Shown: in pieces, positions 63,753 through 64,000 of the stretch
Numbering within the stretch: the stretch's first letter is position 1
Layout: the number at the start of each line of letters is the position of its first letter
DNA from: Caldilineae bacterium
GTDB taxonomy: Bacteria; Chloroflexota; Anaerolineae; DTLA01
Direction of reading: 5' to 3'
Assembly: GCA_037446815.1 (NCBI GenBank)
Contig: JBBIHX010000003.1
Span: forward strand, 291-64,290
DNA length: 64,000 nt
Translations under genes and position numbers: made by a program
The notes under the pieces: model-generated
What the model saw: the letters and a program-made list of their open reading frames with translations, nothing else
What the model was told of the DNA's origin: nothing
Databases searched by the model: none

Positions 63753-64000
63753 CGATAGGTTCGGCACAACGACGAGTGTCCCTTGCCAACCCGCACCTTG
63801 CCGCGGTGCTTCATCAGGTCGTCGTGGGCACATTATACTAGGATTGCCCTCGGCTGCCAAATTCCGCTCCCATGCGACTTGGGGCCGGGGCGCGGATGAA
63901 CAGCGGAATTCACTGCAAAGAACGCACAGAAACACGGAAAGGGGCTGAACAATCCAGGGCGGCGGGGGTTCCCACCGCGGCAGTACCGGCGACTCGCCGG

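Noticed and set aside
63754-64000. Small ORFs after tRNA-Thr (63554..63814, 63714..63935)
   Set aside because: They overlap the tRNA gene or are short with no RBS or domain. The window ends before any downstream gene can be judged.

Overview
This is a GC-rich bacterial chromosomal window with dense coding on both strands and few long gaps. By eye the gene content suggests a Chloroflexota-like lineage: T-box leader, archaeal/eukaryotic-type ProRS, RtcB, ThyX, System II cytochrome c biogenesis and a standard-order nuoA-N operon. I could not verify that assignment. The main blocks are listed below.

- **1-14.3 kb:** a complete Complex I operon (nuoA partial, B, fused CD, E-N) ending in a clean hairpin terminator.
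- **14.4-24.8 kb:** an MFS transporter, a tandem palindromic mini-repeat, thyX plus dCMP deaminase, an orphan UPF0175 antitoxin-like gene, an rtcB gene interrupted by a roughly 510-aa LAGLIDADG intein, a large secreted S1 protease with SH3b and PD40 beta-propeller domains, nested MITE-like repeats, and a GntR plus SPFH pair.
- **25.0-28.4 kb:** a strongly promoted operon encoding a Tat-exported NrfC-like 4Fe-4S protein, an NrfD-like membrane subunit and a 515-aa cytochrome c with 19 CxxCH motifs, followed by an unannotated 35-aa hydrophobic sORF.
- **28.5-35.6 kb:** an FHA gene, a repeat-rich divergent intergenic region, an ABC-F ATPase, a CoaE fusion, a secreted repeat protein, and proS with a candidate T-box leader.
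- **36.2-52.7 kb:** a co-directional, tightly spaced supercluster: a DUF4388 protein, an MglA-like (TxxGQ) small GTPase, an alpha/beta hydrolase, a V4R protein, an LbH protein, an acyl-ACP-reductase-like protein, a REC-degenerate GGDEF regulator, a 2921-aa membrane hybrid histidine kinase with 12 tandem GAF domains plus PAS, HisKA, HATPase and two REC domains, a CheY, and a paralogous alpha/beta hydrolase. A MITE with an apparent target-site duplication sits immediately after it. I consider this the most likely undescribed system in the window.
- **52.9-63.8 kb:** a GalE-like gene, comEC, then a minus-strand block of yccF, two GT4 glycosyltransferases, a Wzx-like flippase, udk, ccsA and resB (System II), and tRNA-Thr(CGU).

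Several dispersed repeat and palindrome families (MITE-like elements and GTAGGGGCG...CGCCCCTAC hairpins) occupy the intergenic regions. All domain assignments are by-eye motif recognition, not database searches.
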